DNA of 64,000 nucleotides from positions 992,001 to 1,056,000 of the forward strand of contig OZ361257.1 of assembly GCA_977018835.1 (NCBI GenBank). The letters are read 5' to 3'. Position 1 is the stretch's first letter. Each line of letters opens with the position of its first letter. Made by a program: the position numbers and the translations under genes. The DNA is from Minutocellus sp. GHC0000111. Taxonomy: Eukaryota. Below the pieces are notes generated by a model. That model saw nothing but the letters and a program-made list of their open reading frames with translations, was not told the origin of the DNA and ran no database searches. Positions 34,925 to 46,519 of the stretch are shown one piece after another.

Positions 34925-37900
34925 CTACGTGCCCAACACCGGTCTCTTTCGCCAGCCATTGCAGTCGTCCTGCTCAACATCGGTCGGCCAGAGAGAAGGG
35001 AATGTACATGTATTTGACCCGTCTCCATAATCCACGCGTCTGCCATAGTAGTCATAAAGACATCGGAACTTATGTTGCGCCCTTCGACCGCCGTAATGCA
35101 CAGCTTGCCAGCACTGGTGACAAAAGAATTCAACGCAGTCGGCGCACTCATTCTGGGCTTCGTAGTAGTTGCAATTGGAACAAACTGGTCTTGGTTCCAA
35201 ATCCAGAAGTGCCTGAGGTTTCCTCCACCGTGTTTCACCGGTGAGTTGATTGTAGTAGAACGGTCTGTCCTCCTCTTTGCTCCAGAGTTCCTTCCATCGT
35301 TCCATCTTGGCGACCCTAGCTCCGCTGACCTTTTTGCGACCTAGCTTACCTCTCCAACCGGATGCAATGATGGTTGCGGCCCAATGGTGTACCTTGATTT
35401 CTCTACGAATCTTCTCCTGCTGAAGGCGTTTCAATTCCCAAAGACGACGCTGAGCGAGACAGCCTCTCCACCACGAGGTCAATAGGAGTGCCTTCTCCTC
35501 ACGCTGTAGAAGCTTGATTCTTTGGAACTGTCTCTTTTGTTCTACCAGAGCACAGGACATGTATTTTCGTGCGTGGCACTGAATAACTACGGATGATCTC
35601 TCACGCAGGGCTTGGTACAGTGCGGCTTGCCTAGCCTTCTCGGCAACATAGGCATTGCGCTCACGAATCCATTGTTGGATGCATGTAGCACCAGCAAGAC
35701 GTGTTCTTGTGATATTGACACGTTCATCAATGACGGAACGTAGTCTACATGCCCAGTAACAGACCTGAATAGTCCTTGCAGCCCATTCTCGTCGCATTGC
35801 AAGAGCATGTCGAGCTGTTCGACGAAAGTAAAGTATTCGCTGTGCAACAAGTTGACGCCACGAACATTGAAGAACAATGGAGGAAAAGATATGTTTCCTC
35901 TCCATCTCCTTTTTCTCTGCAATGAGTTTGTGAAGCTTCTGCTTGGCTACCAGCACTCGACCAAACGCCTGAAGTACCAGTGACGCTGCCTCCATTCGTT
36001 CAAGTCGTCTCAATAATTCAATTTTCACCATTGTAGCTTTTCGACGTCCGAGCCAGCCCCGGAATGTTCGTTGAGCAGTTATCGCCGCAAATGGTGCAAC
36101 CGATAGCCATCGTCGATGATGCGCAGCCTGATATGCCTTTCGAGCAAAAGCGATGCGTGCACAACATTGAAGCCTGACAGCCATTTTATTTTTGATCCAG
36201 ACCTCTCTTCGCAGTATCTTGGCAAGTCTGCGTGCTTGTCGTCCTCGCCACAATGCCGCGAGCAGAGTTGCCACCTTCTTTCGACAGTACTCTTCTCTTG
36301 CCTTCTGAACGATTTGTGCATCCTTATAGGCTCGAAATTTGGCTTGTATTGTTGTTGCCTGTTTCGATCGTAAACCATACTCGTTGATATTTTTGCGATC
36401 ATGCGGTCTCGAGGTCGGCAAAAATCCGACGTAGGCGTAGTTCTTTCGCATTGTGGAGTAACGAAATTGATCTCGGATGGCCTTGAGAGTGGTTGGCTCA
36501 ACGGCGGTACCCTTTAGAGCAAGCTTGGTCAATGTCACTTCAAATGATCCTGGTCGTTGCAGCCCATCGACAATGTACATGAGAGCAAGATCTGTGACCT
36601 TGCAACAATGAGAGAGATCAAGACATTCAAGACCCGGGGAGAAGCCGCCACCAGAACACAGGGCCATAACAGCATCGTCGGTGACGGCAGTGCACCCTGA
36701 TGCATCGAGCCGCCGGAGTTTTGGGCACTCCGATAATGCTGCAAACGATCTTCTGCCAACCTTTCGGCAAAATGATACATTGACATTGGTGAGTTGCTTC
36801 ATCGACTGGGCCAATACTGCCATGCTAACATCGGACACACAATCCCCACATCCCGCCAACGATAAATCTGTGACCCGGGGACAGGCTTTCGAGAGCTTGG
36901 CGATTCCATCGGCGCTCAGTTTAGTGCAGCCAGACAATACCAGATTTTCCAGCGCCGAGAAGCGACCAATCGATGCCAAGGCAACAGCTTGCATCTGAAA
37001 GCACCCATGCAAATTGAGTGATTTGATGTGATTTGCACAAGGAGACTTGGCCAATGCTTGTAACCCCTCAAATCCAAAGTCTCTTTGGATGCCATCAGAA
37101 AGGAGATAAATTCCCGCCAATGTCAGACTTTCCAATTGAGAACAGCCCTCGCCTAATAGTCGGACCCCCACGTCCGATACATGCTTGAGATTTGTCAGCA
37201 CGACCGTCCTGAGTCTGGAACATTCTTCCCCGAGATAACGGATCCCTCCGTTGGTCACCTTGGAGCAGTTGGTTAGATCAATCTTTTCCAACTTTGGACA
37301 GCCCTTGGACAACCATGATATGCCGGCATCAGATATGGAGCTACAACCACGCAAGCTCAGGAATTTCATGTCGGAGCATCCCTGACCGAGTGCCATGAGA
37401 GCAACATCGGTAATTTTGAATGGCATGTCCGAGCGGCTCAAATTCAAATCGGCAATATATTGGCATCCCTGAGAGAGGGACAGGGCACCGACATCACTGA
37501 CCTGGAAGCAATCTCTCAGATTGAGCCTCTCCATTGTCGGGCAGCAGTCCGATAGCAGCTTAATTTCCGCGTCGGTAATTTTAGGACAGTACGATACATC
37601 CAGCTCTCGCAGCAATCGACATCCCTCGAATATCTTCATGAACGTCCAAGGTTTGATCTGTCGACATTCCGATACCTGAAGCGCTTTCAGCTGAGGATTG
37701 AAATCGCCGACAACGGCAAATCCTGTTGACGATATTCCCATGCAGCCCGATAGATTCAGCTCTTCCAGATGAGGACAGGACTGTGCCATGCTCTTTAACC
37801 CACTGTCGGTTAGCTGGAAGCAATTCTCCAGACTAAGCGCCGTCAGCTGGCGACACACCATCGAGATTCGTCGCAATCCTGCATCGGTAAACTTGTCCCC

Positions 37901-38347
37901 ACCGTGAAGATTTAGCTTCTTCAATGACAAGGACGACGATGAATACTTGGTGGCAATGCCGTCCAAACATGCATCACTGACGACGAGCGTCCAAGCCGAT
38001 AGGTCCAAATCTGACCGTCCGCACAATTCCAGGGGAAACCGATCGTAAGATAAGCTTTGGAACTGCTTTTCATATTTGGCCAAGGCATTGGCAAGAGATG
38101 GTGGTATCGACGCCGACAGAGATCGTCTATCATTGCGGTTCTCCTTGTTCCCACCACTGCATGGACTGACGCCAACTTCGTACTCGTCATCATCATCATG
38201 GCGACACCGCTTGTTGACGACTGATGGCGAGCTTCCGGCCAACTGCTTTTTCTTCTTTGCCTTCTTTTGACGGTGCTGGCTTTGACGGCGTTGTGATGAT
38301 GGAGACGCCAGAGGATTTGCTGCACCATACTTCTTCTTGTTCGTCAT
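34925..38347 (-). CDS. Leucine-rich repeat (AMN1/FBXL-type), IQ-motif, WW and B-box protein
   Basis: Many LxxLxLxxCxxITD repeats. IQAKFRAYK-type IQ motifs. WW domain WKELW...FYYNQLTGETRWRKP. B-box CSNC...CADC..FFCHQCW..VH...H. Confidence 0.9.
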   Translation of the reverse strand: MTNKKKYGAANPLASPSSQRRQSQHRQKKAKKKKQLAGSSPSVVNKRCRHDDDDEYEVGVSPCSGGNKENRNDRRSLSASIPPSLANALAKYEKQFQSLSYDRFPLELCGRSDLDLSAWTLVVSDACLDGIATKYSSSSLSLKKLNLHGGDKFTDAGLRRISMVCRQLTALSLENCFQLTDSGLKSMAQSCPHLEELNLSGCMGISSTGFAVVGDFNPQLKALQVSECRQIKPWTFMKIFEGCRLLRELDVSYCPKITDAEIKLLSDCCPTMERLNLRDCFQVSDVGALSLSQGCQYIADLNLSRSDMPFKITDVALMALGQGCSDMKFLSLRGCSSISDAGISWLSKGCPKLEKIDLTNCSKVTNGGIRYLGEECSRLRTVVLTNLKHVSDVGVRLLGEGCSQLESLTLAGIYLLSDGIQRDFGFEGLQALAKSPCANHIKSLNLHGCFQMQAVALASIGRFSALENLVLSGCTKLSADGIAKLSKACPRVTDLSLAGCGDCVSDVSMAVLAQSMKQLTNVNVSFCRKVGRRSFAALSECPKLRRLDASGCTAVTDDAVMALCSGGGFSPGLECLDLSHCCKVTDLALMYIVDGLQRPGSFEVTLTKLALKGTAVEPTTLKAIRDQFRYSTMRKNYAYVGFLPTSRPHDRKNINEYGLRSKQATTIQAKFRAYKDAQIVQKAREEYCRKKVATLLAALWRGRQARRLAKILRREVWIKNKMAVRLQCCARIAFARKAYQAAHHRRWLSVAPFAAITAQRTFRGWLGRRKATMVKIELLRRLERMEAASLVLQAFGRVLVAKQKLHKLIAEKKEMERKHIFSSIVLQCSWRQLVAQRILYFRRTARHALAMRREWAARTIQVCYWACRLRSVIDERVNITRTRLAGATCIQQWIRERNAYVAEKARQAALYQALRERSSVVIQCHARKYMSCALVEQKRQFQRIKLLQREEKALLLTSWWRGCLAQRRLWELKRLQQEKIRREIKVHHWAATIIASGWRGKLGRKKVSGARVAKMERWKELWSKEEDRPFYYNQLTGETRWRKPQALLDLEPRPVCSNCNYYEAQNECADCVEFFCHQCWQAVHYGGRRAQHKFRCLYDYYGRRVDYGDGSNTCTFPSLWPTDVEQDDCNGWRKRPVLGT

Positions 38348-38835
38348 CGAAGGAAGGCTGATGGCGATAATGATGGCGTTGATGACGTGCTGCTGGCGAC
38401 GACGTCCTCGACGGAGAAGAAAGAACGGCTAGCTGATACATCGAACGAGACGGTGGCGCATGGTTGCACTATGGTGCGCTGCCGCCGTCGAAGGCGTCGT
38501 TCACCTGGTTATGTGAGCCGAGTCATCGAACTGAGTGAATCTTCATGATCAACGTCAAAACTGCTCCGCCTCGTCAATTGATCAGCAATGATGGATGCAC
38601 CTCTTTCGTCACATTGTGACGCTTGTGACACTGCTCACAAGGTAGCCTCCAACCTCAATCAGGCCGCCTTGCGCCTAATAGGTATTGCTTGCCGCAACTG
38701 GCTGCGCATGCGCTGGCTGCGCTGTCGCCCAGCACGAGAGACCGATGGCTCTTGCGGTGCTCTCTCTTTCGACTGCTTAGGAGAAGAGGAGCAGCGCAAC
38801 CATGTGTGTCCTTGCCTTGAACGGCATCTTTTTGG

Positions 38836-39334
38836 AGACGATCGATGCGGCAGCATCGACGGCGAGTGCCGCTGTCTGCGCCGTGTTGTTAGATAGTTTT
38901 CATTAAACGCCGACTGTGACCCTTCCTGTTGTGTGGGCCCATAGGTTATTCCCTTCACTGCGTCCGATCTGGTGGCCCGCCCGTCTGGATCCGCGCAGCG
39001 TGTCTTCCGCCCTGCCTGCTTTTGACCGTTAATTGCGCCCATCCTCGACTGCGCCCAATGGTTTGGGGAGGCCATCAACGACCCCCACGGCGCCGACTTC
39101 GACCCGGTGCTCAACACCTGCCGCGCCGCGGCCGACAATGTCGCCACGTTGGGCGAGAGCTGAGTGCCACCTGGGCCGAGGACGAGGACCTCAATCCTCT
39201 GCTCGGGTTCGACGTGGCCGACGGGCACCACTTCCTGGTGTTCGCGGCGCCACCTTCCAGACGATCGACACGGCAGCATCGACGGCTAGTGCCGCTGTCT
39301 GCTGCGCCGTGTCATTAGACAGCTTTCATTAAAC
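38836..39334. repeat. Imperfect ~75-bp direct repeat (38836-38908 and 39259-39334)
   Basis: AGACGATCGA..CGGCAGCATCGACGGC.AGTGCCGCTGTCT(GCT)GCGCCGTGT..TTAGA.AG.TTTCATTAAAC; 7 substitutions and one 3-bp indel. Confidence 0.9.
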
Positions 39335-39667
39335 CCACCCTCCCTCCACTTGGGCTTTCCTTCACCAGAAAGTTCAGGTTTTGGGGGCGGTGGCCCAGGC
39401 CCCCCTTGTCATCCATTTAATTTATGTTTAGAACACATGGGGGTGCCGGTGTCGTTGCCGGGACCAAACTCAAATAAACGGGAGTCATCGGCCGAAAGTG
39501 CCGGGCAAAGCGGCGGCGCAGCCGCATGCGAAGCGGTCTTTTCTCGCAGCTCCGGGCTCATAGCGAGGTCACGATCACAAGAGCGCGAGCGTCGAGCGGC
39601 GGCGGCGAAGACGACGGTTTCGAGGTTTGCTTTAGCACTTTTGCGTCCGCCACCGTTAGCCAACAGT

Positions 39668-41781
39668 ATGGCATCAAAGAAGCAGATCACCCTCACTCAG
39701 CACGGCGGATTCAGGTGTGGAGCTACGTCCGATGATAGCGATGATGATTCGCCGGCGGATGCAGTGCCACCACCACAGCAGCAGCAGCAGCAGGAGGCAC
39801 CGACAGCCAACAATGACGCCGAGCAACCAATGATGATGCAAGCTCCCGCATCTTCTACTGCTAGCAGCAGCAATGATCATATGGAAATGGAGCAGGCCGC
39901 CGGCAACGAGGAAATTGAAGACAATCCAGAGAATTATGAGCTGTCGCAGGAGGAATTCGACGAACTCACCCAGCAGTTTGGGGACCATTTGTATTACGAC
40001 GACGAGGATGAAGCAAAGGGGCAGGATAGCAACGCGGAGGAGGAGGAGGTCGAGCCCGAGGATACTATTCAGCATCGAGTTTTGACGCAGGAGATTCTGG
40101 AATTAGACGACGTTGATGATGCGAGCGAAAATGAAGTGCATGGAGCACCCAACAAGAATGGTCAAAAGCGAAAGAGCCGGCAGAGCCTTCTGGATGAACA
40201 CGTCCAGCCCAGACCAGCCAAGAGACGGACGCTCAACAACGATACCGACAATGAAGTTACGATTAAAATGAGACGACTTGGTGGAACTGAGAAGACCTTT
40301 CGGAAAGGAGAAGTCCACCGTTCAAGCTTGATGAACAAATTGTTCAAGGGTAAAACCTTCATTATTGAGAAATTTTCGGGCGAAACCACGAAATACGCCG
40401 AGTGTCGAGTCTTCGTAAAGTTCGCAAATACGTATGCTTGGACTTCGAATATGCATAGTTTTCTCAGGGACAAGCAGCCCAAGCACGAATATGTATTTTT
40501 CAAGAGAACTCAGACTGTCCGGCTTCAAGATCTTGACGAGGGACCCTTTCTTCCTACATCATCGTTCCCTCCGAAGGAGAACGAGACTCTCGTCTGGCAT
40601 CCAAACGAGAAGGGCAACATTGGCGTTGGCTTTAAAATTGCCTACGGTCTTTCTATGGAAGGAAGGCTTGAACAAAACGCTACCTCCATCCCTGCGGCGA
40701 GTCCTCCCATCATACCTTGCTTAGAATTATTTGCTGGTGCCGGTGGCATGTCTGTTGGGCTTCAAGCGGCACGCTTGAATGCGGATTCCAAAGAGCCTCG
40801 CCTGTCAGTATACTGGGCAGTAGAAAGCGATCCAAATGCGGCTAGTACATGGAGAATGAATCACAGCCAACCGCTAGATCCAAGTAGACCCGATGTTGCT
40901 CCGATCTGCTTTCTTGAGGACATACGCGATTGGTTCGACAAGGTACAGAGACTCGAAGTTCCTTACAGGAATGTCAAACCAAAACACATCCATGGATCGC
41001 CTCCGTGTCAAGGATTTTCACAAGCCAACCGGAGAGCAAATAACAAAACGGAAGAAAATGGTGTAGATAAGGAGAACAAAGAAATGACCAAGCTCTTTTT
41101 TGATGTTTGTTTGTATTTCAAGCCAGATACTATTTCAATGGAGAACGTGGATAACATCCTGTCAGCCGACCACGAAAAATATCTCAAAGAAGGAATGAAT
41201 AGGCTCATCGAGGCTGATTATCAATGCGTCCTATTGAATATTAGTGCAGCTAGCTTTGGCGATCCTCAGGAACGAAGACGCTATATTCTCATTGCCGTGA
41301 AGAAAACAATGCCATTTAATCCAGACATGCTCGGTGCGACTCATGGTGAAGAAGATGAATTGCTTGGATTTGTCACGCCTAGAAATGTATTGGTCGATCT
41401 TGAAGATATGAAGCCAGTAAAAGGAGGACTTTTTTGGTCACCAACGAACGGCGATTACATTTATGATCATGTGCAGAAGGGTACAAATTTACCAAGAACC
41501 AAATCTGGTGATTTGATCGAGAAGGAAATTGTGAAGCTCGATGGCGACAAGCCCGCCAAGACGCTGACAAAATCGAACCGAATGCAGCACTACAAGCACA
41601 AGGACAGGGGCTTGACTATTCGGGAGTTGGCGAGACTACAGTCCTTTCCGGATACTTTTTCTTTTCTGGCGATGTCAAGGCCCAGAGAGATCAGATCGGA
41701 AATGCTGTTCCATGCAAATTGGCTGAGGCTATTGGGCGGTTCGTTTTGCGTAGCTATGTTCCAGTGGACGATAATCCATGA
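39668..41781 (+). CDS. C5-cytosine DNA methyltransferase of RID/Masc1 (DNMT4) type; one frameshift near 41662
   Basis: Motif I LELFAGAGG, IV HGSPPCQGFS, VI MENV, VIII QERRR, IX RGLTIRELARLQSFPD. Motif X QIGNAVP lies in the next frame after a T-run and ends at TGA 41779-41781. Confidence 0.88.
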
Positions 41782-41925
41782 AAAAATAGTCGATACAGAT
41801 AGGAATTCCTATGAAGAAGTACCCAGATATTGCCGCATCGTAGCCACCATATCTACTAAGGTGATAATTTTTCGCATCACAATTTACTTTGAATGCTAGA
41901 GTAGGCAAAACTAAAAAATGAACCC

Positions 41926-43572
41926 TCAAGCCTGAACCTTAGACCAAACCCAGCTCAATGCCAATCCAATCACTACCCAGGTTTGCCAGTCTTTCATTCC
42001 TTGCGTCGGATCATGAAAGAATACAAAGGGCCAGGGGCATCTTCCACCCTTTTCGTGCGCTTTGGATACTTCTTTTGTTGGTTCCGTCGGGGATGGCGCA
42101 ATCTTCTTGGCCGGAGTTTCAGCTGACGCATGAGGATTCGGTCCACCCAAGTAGGCAAAGGGACACTGGCTGCTCCCAGCTGGGGTACTTGAGCTACCTC
42201 TCCGTCCTTGCTTCTGCTCGGCGACGCATCGGTCATAGTATTTGGTTGCCTCCGACAAGGGTCGAACCTGGGCACCCTGCACACCACCCAGTACGTCGAG
42301 CTCCTCGAAAACACGCATGTTGAGCACGAACGCCACGTTGGCCTCGGCCACCAACCGGTCGACCTGATCTGTCGTTAGCTGCAAATCATCCAGAGCTTTG
42401 CGATATTGGTCCTTGAATTTCTTGGCATTGTCAATCAATTCAAACTCGTAAAATCGAAGTCCGTCCTTGCTGCCCTTGAGGTTGAGGGCACGACGTGCCA
42501 CGCGGGCCAGAATTCGACCGCCGCTCAAATCGCCGAGGTACCGTGTGTAAGCATGCGATAGGAGGAGGAGTGGTTCCGTCTCGGATATGAAGCGCAATCT
42601 CTCCACGTAATCCTTGGTAGCTGCGGACTGTGCACCGATGGCCGTGTCCTGCCAATCCATGCCGTGGAAAAATTCGGCATCGTCATCCAAGCTTTCTGTG
42701 CGGTTGAGCTCGGTGGGATGATGCAGAGCGGGAAAGTGCGTTGGTCCGTGCTTGTCGAGTTCCTGCTCCAGAATATTGTACACGTGGTACAGACTCACGA
42801 CGAGTTTTCCGTAGAGGTCCCTATCGATAATGCCCTTTACAAAGTTCTTGACAAAGTGCACTGATTCTGCCGCTTCGTGCGATTCTGCAGTACCGGTCTG
42901 CAGAGCGGCAGATATGCTGAGTCGTTCTGCTTCGGTCGATGATGCGGGAGTGGTATCGGGCGTGCTGGCGGCTGCCGCTGAGGTCGGCGGGGCAAACTTC
43001 TCCGCCGCAGCGGCGACGGCTGCATCCACCGAGGCCTCCTCCTCGTCGGCCATCTTGGCAATAATGGCGGATAGAGAGAACTCCTCCAGAGCCGACACGA
43101 ACGGCACAGGCGAGGAATTGTCGCCCCTGCCCTTGTAGAAGGTCTTGAAGGGACAACCACCCTCCAGCATGAAGCCGCCGAAGGGAGATGCCGTCCGCGC
43201 GGTCGATGATGCGGCGGCCGAGGCGGCGGGACTGTGGAGTGTCGTCGAAACAGTATGCACGTGCTCGAGCGCCTTCCGGAATTTGGCAGCCGTATCGGAA
43301 GGAGACGGGGCGGAGGAGGCACCCTCTCCCATCCCAATGTGCGACGGCGGTACCTTGAGCATTGCCAGCCTCATCGTTTCGGCGTCGGTCGCATCTCGAA
43401 ATGGACATCCCTTGCCATCCTGAAATGCTGGGCAGGCCGAGCGAGCGAGAGCAAGAGCTTCCTTCACTTCCTTATCGTCGGATGTGCCACGAGGCCCATG
43501 CTTCGGCGACGTCGTCCCAACAGACGACGCGTCCTCATCCTTGGAAAGCGGGGCTGCGTACGGACAGCTCAT
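41926..43572 (-). CDS. Heme oxygenase with C-terminal membrane anchor and multiple Cys-Pro motifs
   Basis: GTAESHEAAESVHFVKNF, HAYTRYLGDLSGGRIL, EANVAFVLNMRVFEEL, terminal WVVIGLALSWVW. Start codon uncertain (43572 or upstream). Confidence 0.92.
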   Translation of the reverse strand: MSCPYAAPLSKDEDASSVGTTSPKHGPRGTSDDKEVKEALALARSACPAFQDGKGCPFRDATDAETMRLAMLKVPPSHIGMGEGASSAPSPSDTAAKFRKALEHVHTVSTTLHSPAASAAASSTARTASPFGGFMLEGGCPFKTFYKGRGDNSSPVPFVSALEEFSLSAIIAKMADEEEASVDAAVAAAAEKFAPPTSAAAASTPDTTPASSTEAERLSISAALQTGTAESHEAAESVHFVKNFVKGIIDRDLYGKLVVSLYHVYNILEQELDKHGPTHFPALHHPTELNRTESLDDDAEFFHGMDWQDTAIGAQSAATKDYVERLRFISETEPLLLLSHAYTRYLGDLSGGRILARVARRALNLKGSKDGLRFYEFELIDNAKKFKDQYRKALDDLQLTTDQVDRLVAEANVAFVLNMRVFEELDVLGGVQGAQVRPLSEATKYYDRCVAEQKQGRRGSSSTPAGSSQCPFAYLGGPNPHASAETPAKKIAPSPTEPTKEVSKAHEKGGRCPWPFVFFHDPTQGMKDWQTWVVIGLALSWVWSKVQA

Positions 43573-43947
43573 GTTGGTTGCGTTGGTTGGTTGATTGGAG
43601 AGTGAACAGCAGTACTCGTAGGCAACAGCAGGGAGATCGAGAACACCATCATCGTGCATCGATTTCGGCGTCGCCGACGCAGCAGCGCAGAAGCAGGCCT
43701 TTTCCGTTGGTTTCGTTATTACGAAATATGACATGGAAAGAACCCGCTCGCCCTCTCATCGGCACCTGACCTGCCTCTCGCGGATCGATGCCATGCTGCT
43801 GCTGATTCCTCTCTACCAGCTAGAAGTAGAGAGTAGCTAGCTACGTAGCTAGCAGTACCTAGGTAGAGATCTAGGAATTCCTAAAGTAGAAATTTCTACG
43901 TAGAATGTAGTTTCTGTATATAAGATTTCTTTTCTAATCCTCATTTT

Positions 43948-46341
43948 TCATTGTTGTGTCTCTCCGTCCCCATCCTCGAACTGAAGTCCAAGAGCTTTGC
44001 ATTCTTCTTCCAAGGCCCTGACTTCGTCGTCTATTTCTGCCAGCCACTTGTTGTCCTCCTGTTCATCACCGAGTAGATCTATACTGCCATCATTGTCAAC
44101 CTCAGCTTTGATACTTATGGAATGTGTCACCGCTAGAGCATCATCCAGATCCTCATCACCAGTCACATCGATTCCGTCCAAATCCAACTCCTCATCCCAC
44201 ATGCTGGTGTTCTCGGAGATGGCGCTAATGGTATCCTGATCAATGACTGGTCCGATCGTGCGTTGCTGAGATGACATTGCTGAAACACCAGCTGGCTTTG
44301 ATGTGATCTTATCATCCTGGTCGGCACCGATGCCGTTGTTAGTCTTTGTCATCGATTTGCCATCATCTCCATCATCATCATCATCATCATTGGCCGCTGG
44401 CTGATCAAGGTCGGTGTCTTCCCCATCATCGTCTTTTGCATCAGTTGCACCTGATTCATCCGTCGTTTCTCCTTGATTCTCACCAAGTTCCAGAATACGT
44501 TCCATGAGCTCTCCTTTGGACGGAGATGACTGGGATATTGCCTTGACTACGTTCCATATCGATTGGATCTCATCTCGCAGAGCCTTTTGCCTCGCGTCAA
44601 AGGCTGCCTTGGCGTTGGTGGCATCCTGCTTGGCTTTGCGCTTGACGACGTCGACTTCAGCCAAAAGTTCATCTCGTTCTTTTGCTAAGCCATGAAGCTC
44701 TTGCTTGAGATGAATGTCGTTCTCATGATACACATCAAGCTGTTCCTCAAGATGTTTGCATCAAATTAGCAAATCATTGTTTCCAAGGTCGACACTGTCG
44801 CGCTCGGTTGCCAACATGTCTGCAAGAGCATCGCGATCGGCTCGAATCTCTTCCATTTCAGCTTTAAGCTCGTCAAACATTTGCGCAGAAATGTCATCGC
44901 TTTGATTCCCCTGATGATTTTCGTGGGCGTAATGCATTGCCATTTCTTCGCGGGCCGCCTCAAGCCGCTCTTCAAACTCTCGTTCCTGCAATTCCAGACG
45001 GTGATGCGCGTCGCCCAGCTCGGCCACAAGCCCATCAATATCGTCCTTGAGAGCAAAATTCTCCTCGGCCAATGCATCAATTTTATCAATATGCTCAATA
45101 GCTTGATGGCGCAAATCGTCGGCATCAACGGTACGATCCTCCAACTCTGCAACCATTCGGGTGAGGTCATCAATCTGGTCGTCCTTGTCCATCATCTCTT
45201 CCTTGCCCTGCTGCTCCGTCCTTGATAATTCTTCTCGGAGCATATCCCGTTCGGCAGTCATTTCATCGAGACTGGTTTCAAGCTGCTGAATGTCCTTTTG
45301 CATTGTTTTCTCCATCGACTTCCAACGCAAAATCATCTCATTGTTGGCAGAATTGTTGGATCGACCAGTCGAAGAAGAATTGGAATGATGCGAATGTGAT
45401 GACAAAGACAAAGTCGCTGGATCGGTGTTGGCAATAGCATCTTCATCACTCATATACCACGACGAAGAATCCTTGCTGCTATTTCCACTGTGAAAAGCTG
45501 CGCTTCTCCCATCGCTGCAATCGTTGCTCTTGTCATCGTCTCTCGCATCTTCTACATTGCGATCCTGCCTTTGTTTCTGTATTTCCTTCGATTTTTTCTT
45601 CTTGTCCTCCGCGCCACCCTTGGTTTCTAGGATTGCCATTGCTGCCTTGGCATCAGAACTGGAGAAGGTGCCATCCCTGATCTTGCGACGGAGGATATCT
45701 GCTGGGGTGCGTCGTTTGGCATTCTTTTTGGCGCACCCCTTGGGATTTGCCTGCACCAACAATTGGACGATATCTTGATTCTTGCCACCGCTAGAATTGC
45801 ACACTAGATGAATTGGAAGGTTGCCATCGTGGTCGCGACGGCTGGATGCACCGGGATATGCCGCTAGCAGCTGCTTTACCAGTCGAAGGGATGGATTGCG
45901 CTGTAGGCAAGCTAGATGAAGAGGCAGATATCTCCACTTGATGTTCTGTCCCTCGTCATCCTTGCCCTTTCTACCTCGTTCGGTAGATGGTGACTTGGTA
46001 GTGGTGATGTGACGGACGATCCATGTTGCCGCCTCCTCGGGATGCGATACAACGCGATCAGCAGCACCGTCCCAGTCGCCGTAGTTGATGCATTGGAATA
46101 CAACCGTGGGATTATCGTACGCGTCTACTTGACGCTCCTCAATTCCAGTTGATACTACCGCGGGCGTTGAGATTTGTTGCTTCTGATCGATGTGTTGGTT
46201 TCCGATTTCCTCGTTGGCTGGCTTCTTGGTAGGCCTATTTTTCGACGACGGTCGCTTGGTGCCTGTGGTACTGGACTTGCTGCCGCGCGTGGACCAATCA
46301 TAGTCGGCCACGCGCCGACGAGAGGAGCCTGATCCTGCCAT
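43948..46341 (-). CDS. Ankyrin-like repeat plus long coiled-coil protein, interrupted by an in-frame TGA at 44761-44763
   Basis: LPLHLAC...LLAAYP...DHDGNLPIHLVC. Heptad-rich acidic region continues in the same frame past the TGA (LLI*CKHLEEQLDVYHEND...). Confidence 0.7.
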
Positions 46342-46519
46342 GGGCTTTGATTTGAATGTGGCTGTTGACGGGTGGTATGGCAATTTGAGCGAGCGATGGT
46401 TCGAGGTTGAAAAGCGATGCCGGCTTGACGGCGCGCCAAGACTGAATCGACTCTATGACGACGGCTGAAACACCCGGCAATATGCTCAAACAAAAAACTG
46501 CAGAGAATGATGAATCTAG

